Part shown: positions 18,803-27,696 of the stretch, piece by piece
How positions within the stretch are numbered: position 1 is the stretch's first letter
How the letters are laid out: each line of letters begins with the position of its first letter
Sequence record: OL960577.1
DNA from: Escherichia phage vB_EcoM_SA35RD
Length of the DNA stretch: 64,000 nucleotides
Strand: one strand, 5' to 3'
The notes under the pieces: model-generated
The model's database searches: none
Told to the model about the DNA's origin: nothing
The model's input: only the letters and a program-made list of their open reading frames with translations
Program-made: the position numbers and the translations under genes

Positions 18803-19051
18803 TTATTCTTTTTCGCGAATAATAATTACTTGTTGAGGCTGCTGAGCCGATTTCTTTTCGGCAACGAAAGACCAAATTAAAGTTCCAATCCAACCAATCA
18901 TCGTCCAGTTAAAGAGTAAAGATACAAAGAAGATTGCTGTTGTGCTTTTTGTGCCACGAATAAGTGCGATTACCCAAGGCAACATGTAAATGATGATTGA
19001 ACCAATACCTGCGATTAAAACTGCTACTGAACTAGCTACGAATAATTCCAT
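18803..19051 (-). CDS. hypothetical membrane protein
   Basis: 82 aa, two hydrophobic segments. Confidence 0.45.
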   Translation of the reverse strand: MELFVASSVAVLIAGIGSIIIYMLPWVIALIRGTKSTTAIFFVSLLFNWTMIGWIGTLIWSFVAEKKSAQQPQQVIIIREKE

Positions 19052-19079
19052 GTTAATTTCCTCTTGATTTGTTATGTTT

Positions 19080-19109
19080 ATAGTATCTTGGTTTAACTTT
19101 AGTGTAAAC
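19080..19109 (-). promoter_or_regulatory. T4-type early promoter-like element
   Basis: GTTTAC-18nt-TACTAT. Confidence 0.4.
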
Positions 19110-19112
19110 CAA

Positions 19113-19481
19113 TTAATTAAATTTGTTTAAACGTTCAATACACTGGACGTAGTTATTTGCGATTTGTTTCTGGGTAGGCTCTTTACCAGTTGTTTCAACA
19201 TAGCGAATGAATGCGATTTCAGTAGCCTGTAAGCAATGTTCTTTAACGCGCTGTTCTTTTGACATAGCTACAGTATCAGAATCACGATAACGTTGAGCAT
19301 GAGCATCAGCTTGAATCATTCGATTACCTACAGTAACCGGGTCTTCCACTTCAACTTTAGGTTGTTCATATTGTTTAACATTCGGATTGTAAATCAGTTG
19401 GCCAACATTATTAGGAATAAAGCCATGGGCACCACATCCGGTTAATCCAAATACCATTGCTAAAGCGATTAATTTTTTCAT
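19113..19481 (-). CDS. putative lipoprotein
   Basis: 122 aa, lipobox LTGC after signal peptide. Confidence 0.5.
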   Translation of the reverse strand: MKKLIALAMVFGLTGCGAHGFIPNNVGQLIYNPNVKQYEQPKVEVEDPVTVGNRMIQADAHAQRYRDSDTVAMSKEQRVKEHCLQATEIAFIRYVETTGKEPTQKQIANNYVQCIERLNKFN

Positions 19482-19509
19482 TTCAATTTCCTCTGTAGTT
19501 GATAGAAAG

Positions 19510-19539
19510 ATAGTAACACAGTATGTGGTGCTTGTAAAC
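19510..19539 (-). promoter_or_regulatory. T4-type early promoter-like element
   Basis: GTTTAC-18nt-TACTAT. Confidence 0.4.
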
Positions 19540-19550
19540 AGTTTTTAAAA

Positions 19551-19739
19551 TTATCGAAAATCTGATTCGAAAACTTTCTCGTCATTAACAAATGCTTTAA
19601 CTAATGCGTTGTTCACTTCAGCAAGTTGTACCACAACCCACTCGATTTCTTCGCGATCACCTGATAACATGATATCTTTAGTGAACATCTCACCGCTTTT
19701 AAACCAACCGATAAAAGTAACTTTAGTTAATTTGCTCAT
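19551..19739 (-). CDS. dmd: Dmd-like antitoxin (discriminator of mRNA degradation)
   Basis: Start at MSKLTKVTFIGWFKSGEMFTKDI after GAGGAA SD; size (~62 aa) and position before gene 41 as T4 dmd. Confidence 0.5.
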   Translation of the reverse strand: MSKLTKVTFIGWFKSGEMFTKDIMLSGDREEIEWVVVQLAEVNNALVKAFVNDEKVFESDFR

Positions 19740-20053
19740 ATTTCCTCGCAAAATGCCCATTCAGCGTGATAAACTGTAGCGCCTTTAGTATCATTCATTT
19801 GAACTACATCTACCGGAGAAATTACTCGATAGAGACGTGGTTCACCTCCATAAGAGCGTGCTGCTCGTCCTGCATAAATCTTTGCTAAACCAATATCTTC
19901 AGTAAAGAATACACGATCCAAGTTTTTCTTACGTCCAGTTTCAGACAGAACTCCTGTTTCTTCAGGAGGACAAAGCATGTTTTCGATGTTAGCTGAACTA
20001 CTTGAACCGTGATAAAAAATCTTAAATTCTGCTTTACAATCGATGGTTTTCAT
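19736..20053 (-). CDS. small Arr/Tpt1-like protein (possible ADP-ribosyltransferase fold)
   Basis: 105 aa; FYHGSSS...VFFTED...YAG...YRVISPV pattern resembles Arr family; weak, by eye. Confidence 0.35.
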   Translation of the reverse strand: MKTIDCKAEFKIFYHGSSSSANIENMLCPPEETGVLSETGRKKNLDRVFFTEDIGLAKIYAGRAARSYGGEPRLYRVISPVDVVQMNDTKGATVYHAEWAFCEEI

Positions 20054-20079
20054 TTTGTTCTCCAGTAGTTGATAGGTCT

Positions 20080-20109
20080 ATAATAACACAACTACTGGAG
20101 AAGTAAACT
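20080..20109 (-). promoter_or_regulatory. T4-type early promoter-like element with RBS-pairing spacer
   Basis: GTTTAC-18nt-TATTAT-AGACCTATC; spacer AACTACTGGAG complementary to SD region CTCCAGTAGTT. Confidence 0.45.
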
Positions 20110-20483
20110 TAAAAACGTAATTTAGATACATCTGCGTTGATTTCGTTTTGGTTTGCGTCGTATGCAATTAAACGAACCGCTTTAGATGGGTCATTCAATG
20201 CATAGAAATGATGGAACATTGCTCGAACGATATCACCATTTACGAGTTCTACCTGGATAGGAGAACCTTTTTCGAGTTGGAAATGTTCATAAGCTTTGAT
20301 GGTTCGCAGATAATCAAGTTTTTGATTTCCGGCTCCAACGATTTGTACGATACGTTTGCCCATGTTTTCCATACGAGATACAATAGTTTTAGGAGCAAGA
20401 ATAACGTAGGTTGCCAGTGGAGAAACTACTTCAACAGTTGTGTTTTCGGTGATTGCAGTAAAAATTGCTTGAGACATATTCAT
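20109..20483 (-). CDS. hypothetical protein
   Basis: 124 aa ORF with upstream promoter motif. Confidence 0.45.
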   Translation of the reverse strand: MNMSQAIFTAITENTTVEVVSPLATYVILAPKTIVSRMENMGKRIVQIVGAGNQKLDYLRTIKAYEHFQLEKGSPIQVELVNGDIVRAMFHHFYALNDPSKAVRLIAYDANQNEINADVSKLRF

Positions 20484-20512
20484 AATGTTTTCCTCTTGGT
20501 TAGTGTAAGTAC

Positions 20513-20542
20513 ATCATATCATGCCTAGAGGAAGATGTAAAC
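20513..20542 (-). promoter_or_regulatory. T4-type early promoter-like element
   Basis: GTTTAC-18nt-TATGAT; spacer partially complementary to downstream SD region. Confidence 0.4.
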
Positions 20543-20549
20543 CCCGAAA

Positions 20550-20570
20550 GGAGACCGAAGTCTCCTTTTT
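20550..20570. terminator. hairpin with T-run on plus strand and A-run on minus, possible bidirectional terminator
   Basis: GGAGAC-CGAA-GTCTCC followed by TTTTT on plus strand, immediately after gp41 stop. Confidence 0.4.
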
Positions 20571-20571
20571 A

Positions 20572-22014
20572 TTAAAATTTTAACTCATTGGCTAAGCTAT
20601 CTAGGTCAGCACGTGTTGCTTTGGCTTTACCTACGCGTTCCGTACGATTCACCTCTGCCTGACGCATCTGAGCACCTGCGTTTTCATTTACTGTGTTAGG
20701 TGTGTTCATGCCTTCTTGCTCAATCTCAATCCATTTCTGGTTACCTTTACGTACACCCATCAGGAATTTATTCCACTTATTCTTATCACCATATCGTGAT
20801 TTGATTTGTTTGATAAGTTGTTGTTCAGCTTGTGCAAGTTCTTCGGTTTCAATTACAGCCAACATGAAATCTGCCGTTGCTGGTAAACCTGCTGATTCTG
20901 CAATATCACTCATGTTCATATCCGAAGCATCCCATGCTGCACGTCCTACTTGAGCTGCAGTCCATAGAACTGTTTCAGATTCTACTGCTAATGCACGAAG
21001 TTCTTCTGCGATAGCTTTAACTAATGTGTAGCTATTTTCAGTGTAAACTCTGATACGACAAGACCCACAAATACCTAAGTAATCAACCATGATTACAGAT
21101 GGCACAAAGTTCTTCTTAAGTTTTAACTCATTAAGCAATGCACGAAATGTATTAGCATTAGCTCCACCAGTAGGATACTGTTTAACTACTAAACGTCCTA
21201 ATGTGGATTTTGAACGCCATTTTTCCATCTTGGCTTTATATTCAGCATAAGATACGTTACCGTCATCAATATCATCAAGTGATACGTCAAGCATGTTTGC
21301 ATCTATACGCTTAGCGCAAACTTCTTCAGCCATTTCCATTGAAATATAAAGAACATTATGGCCTGTTTGAAGATAATCTGCAGCAAGTGAACAAAGGCCT
21401 AAAGATTTACCAACGTTAACACCAGCCATTAAAACATTCAGTGTACCGGTTTCAGCACCACCTTTAGTGATTTTATTCAGAATGTTTAATTTGAACGGGA
21501 CCTTACGTGCTTTGTTCAGATAAGAAAGCCAGCGTGCTTCATAGTCTTCCATCCAGTCATGCCCAACATAACTATCAAACGAAATTGAAAGTGCTTGACG
21601 CATAATATCAGGAATAGCTCCTACGTCAGGCATTTTCTTGTTACGTTGTTCTGGAGGTAGTTCAGCATTAGACTGAATCTCAATGATTTTGGATGTAGCA
21701 TTATACATCGCTTTTTGCTGGACATATTTCTCAGTTTCTTTAACCAACCATTCATGGTCTTCAGGAGTATCAGCCAATTTTTCAATTAGGTCTGAAGTTC
21801 CTTTATACTCTACTTCGGTTAAAGAACTGTTATCTAAAGCCACCTTTAACGCATTGATGGATGGCATTGCATTATATTCGTTAACGTGGTTCTTTATAAT
21901 TTTAAAGACATTTTTTGCCGGTCCACGCTCAAAGTATTCAGAATCCATATAAGGCCAGACCTTAGAAAAATAAGCCTGGTCGTATACTAGATGAGACAAA
22001 ATAATTTCTACCAC
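20572..22014 (-). CDS. 41: replicative DNA helicase gp41 (DnaB-like)
   Basis: 480 aa; Walker A GVNVGKS; T4 synteny. Confidence 0.85.
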   Translation of the reverse strand: MVEIILSHLVYDQAYFSKVWPYMDSEYFERGPAKNVFKIIKNHVNEYNAMPSINALKVALDNSSLTEVEYKGTSDLIEKLADTPEDHEWLVKETEKYVQQKAMYNATSKIIEIQSNAELPPEQRNKKMPDVGAIPDIMRQALSISFDSYVGHDWMEDYEARWLSYLNKARKVPFKLNILNKITKGGAETGTLNVLMAGVNVGKSLGLCSLAADYLQTGHNVLYISMEMAEEVCAKRIDANMLDVSLDDIDDGNVSYAEYKAKMEKWRSKSTLGRLVVKQYPTGGANANTFRALLNELKLKKNFVPSVIMVDYLGICGSCRIRVYTENSYTLVKAIAEELRALAVESETVLWTAAQVGRAAWDASDMNMSDIAESAGLPATADFMLAVIETEELAQAEQQLIKQIKSRYGDKNKWNKFLMGVRKGNQKWIEIEQEGMNTPNTVNENAGAQMRQAEVNRTERVGKAKATRADLDSLANELKF

Positions 22015-22023
22015 GATAACTCC

Positions 22024-22365
22024 TTAAAAGAATTTAAATTTTTTCTTGGTTCGTTCATTAAAAGCTTGTTGTACTTGCATTGTAACACATTTTTCAACGT
22101 GTGGTGCAAGTTCTGCTTTTCTGTCCTGGTCAAGAACTGCAAAGTCCATTACGATTTTACCATCAACCCAGTCTAGTTTTGTAATATAGACTATATGATG
22201 AGAACCATCTTCAAGTGTAATCAGAATCTCTTGAATGACGTTTTCCATTGCTGAACGGATAATTTTAAGAGATTCATTAAACACTCGTTCTTTGCGAATG
22301 TCTTCCCCTTCCGAAGAAGGGGATTCATCAACGATTTCTAGATTTAAATCATCGAGATTATTCAT
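22024..22365 (-). CDS. 40: gp40-like protein
   Basis: Start at MNNLDDLNLE after GGAAGA SD, 2 nt after uvsX stop; position as T4 gene 40. Confidence 0.4.
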   Translation of the reverse strand: MNNLDDLNLEIVDESPSSEGEDIRKERVFNESLKIIRSAMENVIQEILITLEDGSHHIVYITKLDWVDGKIVMDFAVLDQDRKAELAPHVEKCVTMQVQQAFNERTKKKFKFF

Positions 22366-23530
22366 CGAAATCTTCCATTTCGTCAAGGTCGTTTTCAATA
22401 TCTGCTGCAGACGGAGCATCAGAAGCTTTAACAGGAACTTTAGTTGTTGCTTTGCAATTAATAAGGTCGTTAACAGCGTCATCAACTTCTTTAATAGAAG
22501 AGATAGCACCTAGTTTATATTTAGTTTCAATTGCATCTCGGAAAGGTTTGTGTTTAAACAACGGTCCCCAGAATTCTACACAATCAGTAGCTTTAGCACG
22601 CCACGATTTCTCTTCACGAATCATTTCGCCTGTTTCTTCGTCAAGGAATTCACGAGCATACCAACCGGCTTTAGGCTTAACAACAAATCCAATTTCAGTT
22701 GCCATTTCTAACAAGCCACTGAATGGGTCGATACCACCATCAAAATTAACTGTGATTGGGAAAGTAGATTTTTCTTTAACTGTACGAGATTTTTCTGCTT
22801 TCAACGTGAAGTCATAACCGGTCAATTCTGTACCTTCTTTAACCTGACGTTTAGAGATAAAGAATACAGTGTTAGCAGAGTAAAGAATACCTGTACCACC
22901 ACCCATAATCTCTTTAGGATATAGTCCGCCGATTTCCATTGCTGTATGGTTGATTGCAACGCACGGAATATCTTTAATAGTCAGATAAGGAGTCACAATA
23001 CGGAACAGAGATTTAAGTGCCTTAGCACGAGACATATCACCTACGACTTTCTCGTTCAATGCATCTTCGGTTTCTTTCTTAGATGCAGTATTACCGATTG
23101 AATCGATAAAGATAATAACTTTATCACCGCGTTCAATAGCGTCAAGCTGATTAGTCATATCAACTTTAAGTTGTTCGACGGACTGAATTGGTGTGTGAAC
23201 TACACGGTCTAAATCAACACCCATTGAACGAAAATAAGATTCTGAAGCACCAAATTCTGAATCATAGAACAAACAAATTGCATCTTTATATTTCTTCATA
23301 TATGCTGCAACCATAGTTAGTCCAAACAACGTTTTAAAGTGTTTAGAAGGAGCAGCAAAAATAGTTAAGCCTGATTGCAACCCAGCATTCAGTGCACCAC
23401 CTAATGCAATATTCAACATCGGAATACGAGTAGGGACTTCATCACGATTATTAAACAGCTTAGACTTAGTCAAGTCTGCAGTCATTTTAGAAGTAGAAGC
23501 TTTAATCAGACGAGATTTTAAATCAGACAT
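22358..23530 (-). CDS. uvsX: UvsX recombinase (RecA-like)
   Basis: 390 aa; RecA-like core; T4 synteny. Confidence 0.85.
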   Translation of the reverse strand: MSDLKSRLIKASTSKMTADLTKSKLFNNRDEVPTRIPMLNIALGGALNAGLQSGLTIFAAPSKHFKTLFGLTMVAAYMKKYKDAICLFYDSEFGASESYFRSMGVDLDRVVHTPIQSVEQLKVDMTNQLDAIERGDKVIIFIDSIGNTASKKETEDALNEKVVGDMSRAKALKSLFRIVTPYLTIKDIPCVAINHTAMEIGGLYPKEIMGGGTGILYSANTVFFISKRQVKEGTELTGYDFTLKAEKSRTVKEKSTFPITVNFDGGIDPFSGLLEMATEIGFVVKPKAGWYAREFLDEETGEMIREEKSWRAKATDCVEFWGPLFKHKPFRDAIETKYKLGAISSIKEVDDAVNDLINCKATTKVPVKASDAPSAADIENDLDEMEDFDE

Positions 23531-23630
23531 TGTATTTTTCCATAGGCATCATTATATTTTACTCATGTTTAAAAGATAAGACGATTATATACTAAGGGTT
23601 ATACAGCATTTAAAAACTTTAAACAGGCTC

Positions 23631-24179
23631 TTAACGAGCCCATTTGATAATTTCTGTAATCAAATTATTACGTTCGCTTGCATTAAATCCTATAACTTTG
23701 TTAGCACCATCATGATTAAGTAATTGATACGTTTGGATTTCGTTATGAATTGCAAACTCTTCAAAATATGAAATGACTGTATTAAAACCGAATGAAGACA
23801 AAGTAATAAGGTCGTCTTCAAAACTTTCAGTCATTTCGTTACGTGTTAAAATAATTGTGAACACATCATGGTTTTGGCAAAGACGAACATAATCCTGTTC
23901 ATAAACGTCAAGAACCGAGTCCGCATCTTGTCGAATACGTCCATAAACCCAGTTACTAATATATCCACGGTCTAACAGATAAATCTTAGTAGGGTCTAAA
24001 TAATTCAACATCGTTTCGAAACAGCCAACTTCATTTCGAGACTTAACATCGAAACGTCCATCAACTGTTCGTTTAGGGAAATCAATCTTTACATATCTTT
24101 CACTAATTTCCATTATGTCATTAATGAAAGTTGTTTTACCAGCATTATCCGGGCCATCTACTAAAATAATTTTAGCCAT
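23631..24179 (-). CDS. P-loop kinase, thymidylate/dNMP kinase-like
   Basis: 182 aa; Walker A VDGPDNAGKTT and LLDRGYISNWVYG (DR-Y-like motif). Confidence 0.5.
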   Translation of the reverse strand: MAKIILVDGPDNAGKTTFINDIMEISERYVKIDFPKRTVDGRFDVKSRNEVGCFETMLNYLDPTKIYLLDRGYISNWVYGRIRQDADSVLDVYEQDYVRLCQNHDVFTIILTRNEMTESFEDDLITLSSFGFNTVISYFEEFAIHNEIQTYQLLNHDGANKVIGFNASERNNLITEIIKWAR

Positions 24180-24180
24180 T

Positions 24181-25080
24181 TTATTCCTCGATTACGACAT
24201 CTTCGTATTTAGGTATATTATACGGTGAAGAAATTAAAGCATTAAAGTAGATGAACTCACCAAGACCTGGATGGAATACTTCTTCAGGATTTTCGAAATA
24301 TTGAATCTTCGGACGTCCTTTAAGAATTTGATAGTACTCAGTTTTAGTTGGATTAAAAATTCGAATCAGCGCTTCTTCAGGATACTTATTTCTGTCGAAA
24401 CTATTATTTGGATCAGTTATATAAAGCGGTTGACCTAATTGAATTGCGCATTCAACCACTTGTTCAAAACGATAGCATGGGTCACTAATTCGAAATGGAT
24501 GAAAAATACCATCTAGATGAATAGGAGCCAAATCACCTACAAGACGCTGCATGACGGAAGGACGTATAACTTTCTGCGTTACGATAATCTTATTACCATC
24601 TGCACCTGCGTTAACCAGCACTTCTTTTTGACGTTCATTCAACACAGTAGTTTGAAGTGAACGATTAACAGACAACATGTCGGTTTTTAAGAATTCATCA
24701 ATATAAAAACGTGGTTTATTAGGGTCTGCAGTGATATTGAAATTGAATTCTACATCAAAAGCGCCGTCATATCCAGTGATATCTGTGATTAGAAAATCAC
24801 AATCATAATAAGCAATTAATGAATCAACCACAAATTCATTTTCAGACCAAAAATATTTACGAGTGTTATACGCGTTATCTTTATACCATAATGGAACAAA
24901 CTTAAATTCTGGGAAAAGACGTTCACATTCTTTAATATCAGATGCATTACGTGGATATGTAATCACATCACCCGGATTAGCACGGTGCAAATGAAGTTGG
25001 AAGTTGCCATCCTTAAGGATAGCATACTGTCCAGTTTCATAAGACCGCATACTCAAGATAGGTACGCGGAAAATAGCCAT
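24181..25080 (-). CDS. hypothetical protein in modification locus
   Basis: 299 aa ORF, no recognised motif. Confidence 0.45.
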   Translation of the reverse strand: MAIFRVPILSMRSYETGQYAILKDGNFQLHLHRANPGDVITYPRNASDIKECERLFPEFKFVPLWYKDNAYNTRKYFWSENEFVVDSLIAYYDCDFLITDITGYDGAFDVEFNFNITADPNKPRFYIDEFLKTDMLSVNRSLQTTVLNERQKEVLVNAGADGNKIIVTQKVIRPSVMQRLVGDLAPIHLDGIFHPFRISDPCYRFEQVVECAIQLGQPLYITDPNNSFDRNKYPEEALIRIFNPTKTEYYQILKGRPKIQYFENPEEVFHPGLGEFIYFNALISSPYNIPKYEDVVIEE

Positions 25081-25796
25081 TAGTCAAGGAATCCTTTAAC
25101 ATAATCAAAATCACGTTCAAACACATGGGCACTTACCATGGTATGAGTATAATCACCAACTTCTACACCACATTCGTTAGCGATATAATGAAGTAATTTT
25201 CCTTGGAGATAAAAATCCAACTGCATAACAACAGCACAGTTCTGGGAACGCATATGACAGTGGGTATAAAGCTTACCGTCACGAATATAATAAGTCACTG
25301 AGTCAGTACATGGATATTCAAGCGTTTCGTCCGAATCAAGCAAAGCCTGATCAGAACTTTCTAGAATTTGGAACACAACTCTTCGAGAGTTAGGTTTCTC
25401 TTTAAGTTCTTTTAGAAGAGCTGGTAATTGGGCCGCAATGCGAGGACCATAGAAAGTGTTGAAGTTCGCCGGCAAAGCGTCTGATTTAGGTTTAGAAATA
25501 AATTTAGCGACATTAGGATATGCCTTAAACGCTTCTTCTGCATCAGTACCACCAGAAATCATAAACTTCCAGAAGTCTTCGGCATATTCATAAGAGATGC
25601 GGTTAATACGTGGGTCGGTCATTTTGAATGATGATGGATTGTCAACAACTACTGTCATGGACCCGATTTCATTACAACGTCCAATACGAGAATCAGTTAC
25701 GAATTCAGGATTTTCTAAAATTTCACGATTGACTGCTTTAAATGCGGCTTGAAAATCTGCGGCTTTGATATATTTCATTGTGTTATGTTTTCCCAT
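25080..25796 (-). CDS. 42: dCMP hydroxymethylase gp42 (thymidylate synthase fold)
   Basis: 238 aa; EYPCTD segment and size; T4 synteny (42 upstream of 43). Confidence 0.7.
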   Translation of the reverse strand: MGKHNTMKYIKAADFQAAFKAVNREILENPEFVTDSRIGRCNEIGSMTVVVDNPSSFKMTDPRINRISYEYAEDFWKFMISGGTDAEEAFKAYPNVAKFISKPKSDALPANFNTFYGPRIAAQLPALLKELKEKPNSRRVVFQILESSDQALLDSDETLEYPCTDSVTYYIRDGKLYTHCHMRSQNCAVVMQLDFYLQGKLLHYIANECGVEVGDYTHTMVSAHVFERDFDYVKGFLD

Positions 25797-25838
25797 GTTT
25801 ACCTCAATACAATTTATTATATACTCAATTCGTAAAGC

Positions 25839-26078
25839 TTATTTGAATTTCTTGGCAATGTTGATATAACGTAAAGCTTCAGAATCTATACTTCCAAGAA
25901 CACTATGAAGGAATGCATCAGTGTAGTATTCCAATTGAACAGGTTCTTTAATCACTTTAGCCGCTTTGGTTTCAAACAGGCCCATAAGGGCCTTTTTAAG
26001 AATTTGTTCGTTAGTGTTCAGTTTTATAGTCAAAATCTCTTCATTAAGTTGGTGGTTAAAAGTTTTTCTAGAAATCAT
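25839..26078 (-). CDS. hypothetical protein
   Basis: 79 aa ORF. Confidence 0.35.
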   Translation of the reverse strand: MISRKTFNHQLNEEILTIKLNTNEQILKKALMGLFETKAAKVIKEPVQLEYYTDAFLHSVLGSIDSEALRYINIAKKFK

Positions 26079-27244
26079 TCCGGGTACCTCAAAGCGTCAT
26101 CAGAGTTAGTTATATCAATAATAGATATAGAGTTTTCTGATAACCCATTTTTAGATAACTGACGTTTATAATATCTTTCACAATATGTACACGTCGTCCC
26201 GCAGATTTCATTAGCACAATCGAAATCTGGATGTCTGAACCACCTTTTTTCTAAAAAACCGTCTAACAATGAGGTTTCAATATTTACTGTATGTGAAAAC
26301 TCAGTCTCATTTTCAAGAGTGAAAATAGTCTCTAAAGGCTTCCACAGTTCTAACAAATTACCTTCAAACTTTTCAGAAGCGTATGCTTCAAGAACTTTCA
26401 AAATGTAGTCTGTGCTACCTGTACGTCCTGAAACTTTGAATTGAGTGATACCAATATCATTATAAAGTTTCAAATCTTGAGGACGAACAAAACGAGTTCT
26501 CAACCAGTTAAATGGGTCTGTATCACGAGCTTTAATGCAGTGTTGCATTGGATACCCGTTTAAGGATTTAGCATCATCAGCTGTAACATCAGTACTATGG
26601 AAAATATAGCAAGAGTCACGATAGCTACAATGTGTTGTATACCCTTTACCAGCATTAGAACAGAACTCATTTACAAGAACTTCAAATATTATATTGTTCT
26701 TATTGCAAAACTCTGCTGCACGCTTCAGGAAAGAAACTGAACGGTTCTTATGAATTCCACAGCAGACCTTTTTGATATTGTATTGGTCATGTAAGTATTT
26801 TATTTGAGTTACAGCATCGACATGTAGAATTGTTGAAACTTCAATCTCAATGTCTTTATTGACTTCACGAACAATTTCCATAACAACAGGGTTAGCGATA
26901 GTAATACGCCATACGCCTATTGACCAAAGATACTGAACATAATCCTGAATAGCTTTCTTCTTCCACTCAACTAGTTCTCTTTTTGAACCAGGATTTATCG
27001 TGTTGAGTGTATAGTTAAAGCAAATACCTAATTCGTTACAACGTTTAACGTAATCTTCTAACATCTTTTTGTCAACGTCAGGAAGCCTAAAATCAGGTCT
27101 GGCTGCTACAAAAGCCATTTCTCTTGTAGAGCCGTATACTTCATTTATCAAGCTATTAGGATAAGTTTTATTGAGCTCTACGATTTTATCAAGAAGAGCT
27201 AAATCAAAATTCGTTCCGATTTTAAAAGTATTCATTTTTTGCAT
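26075..27244 (-). CDS. Cys-rich protein, possible Fe-S enzyme (U32-like?)
   Basis: 389 aa; Cys clusters EFCSNAGKGYTTHCSYRDSC and CANEICGTTCTYC (CxxxCxxC); family unresolved. Confidence 0.45.
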   Translation of the reverse strand: MQKMNTFKIGTNFDLALLDKIVELNKTYPNSLINEVYGSTREMAFVAARPDFRLPDVDKKMLEDYVKRCNELGICFNYTLNTINPGSKRELVEWKKKAIQDYVQYLWSIGVWRITIANPVVMEIVREVNKDIEIEVSTILHVDAVTQIKYLHDQYNIKKVCCGIHKNRSVSFLKRAAEFCNKNNIIFEVLVNEFCSNAGKGYTTHCSYRDSCYIFHSTDVTADDAKSLNGYPMQHCIKARDTDPFNWLRTRFVRPQDLKLYNDIGITQFKVSGRTGSTDYILKVLEAYASEKFEGNLLELWKPLETIFTLENETEFSHTVNIETSLLDGFLEKRWFRHPDFDCANEICGTTCTYCERYYKRQLSKNGLSENSISIIDITNSDDALRYPE

Positions 27245-27294
27245 CTCGCGTTAATTGATGCGATGGGTTTTTTTTGCAGGTCTTACTTAAATTA

Positions 27295-27696
27295 TTATAG
27301 ATTCGGTTTATACGATTTAAATGTTTCGAATTCGCCTTTATTCATAAGAGCTTTGAATTCGTCAGGACGCATAGCTTTGTCGTCGATAATCCAATCATAT
27401 ACTGGTTTATGTGTTAGCAAATTATGGTACTTCAAACCAATGTTTTCCAAGTTCTGAATCAGACTTGGGAGAATGTCAATTGCTATACGACCAGGACCTA
27501 CCGACTTCATACCACGAGCAGTGTAAAGCGTTATGGTATGCCCTGCATCATACAGGGCATTAATGGCGGTCACCATTTCGACGTCTGGTTTGAAGTTCAC
27601 ATAATCACGATTGTTATTCCACTCTGTTATACAATCATCGACATCAAAACAAAGATTAAGCATGTTTTCTACACGGTGCATTAGATTCGTTCCCAT
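27295..27696 (-). CDS. HAD-superfamily phosphatase
   Basis: 133 aa; DxD motif in FDVDDCIT near N-terminus. Confidence 0.55.
   Translation of the reverse strand: MGTNLMHRVENMLNLCFDVDDCITEWNNNRDYVNFKPDVEMVTAINALYDAGHTITLYTARGMKSVGPGRIAIDILPSLIQNLENIGLKYHNLLTHKPVYDWIIDDKAMRPDEFKALMNKGEFETFKSYKPNL

Noticed and set aside
22024-22509. Long form (161 aa) of the gp40-like ORF overlapping the uvsX 3' end
   Set aside because: The N-terminal 48 residues are a Leu/Lys-rich out-of-frame read of the uvsX C-terminal region; an internal ATG after a GGAAGA SD gives a start 2 nt past the uvsX stop.
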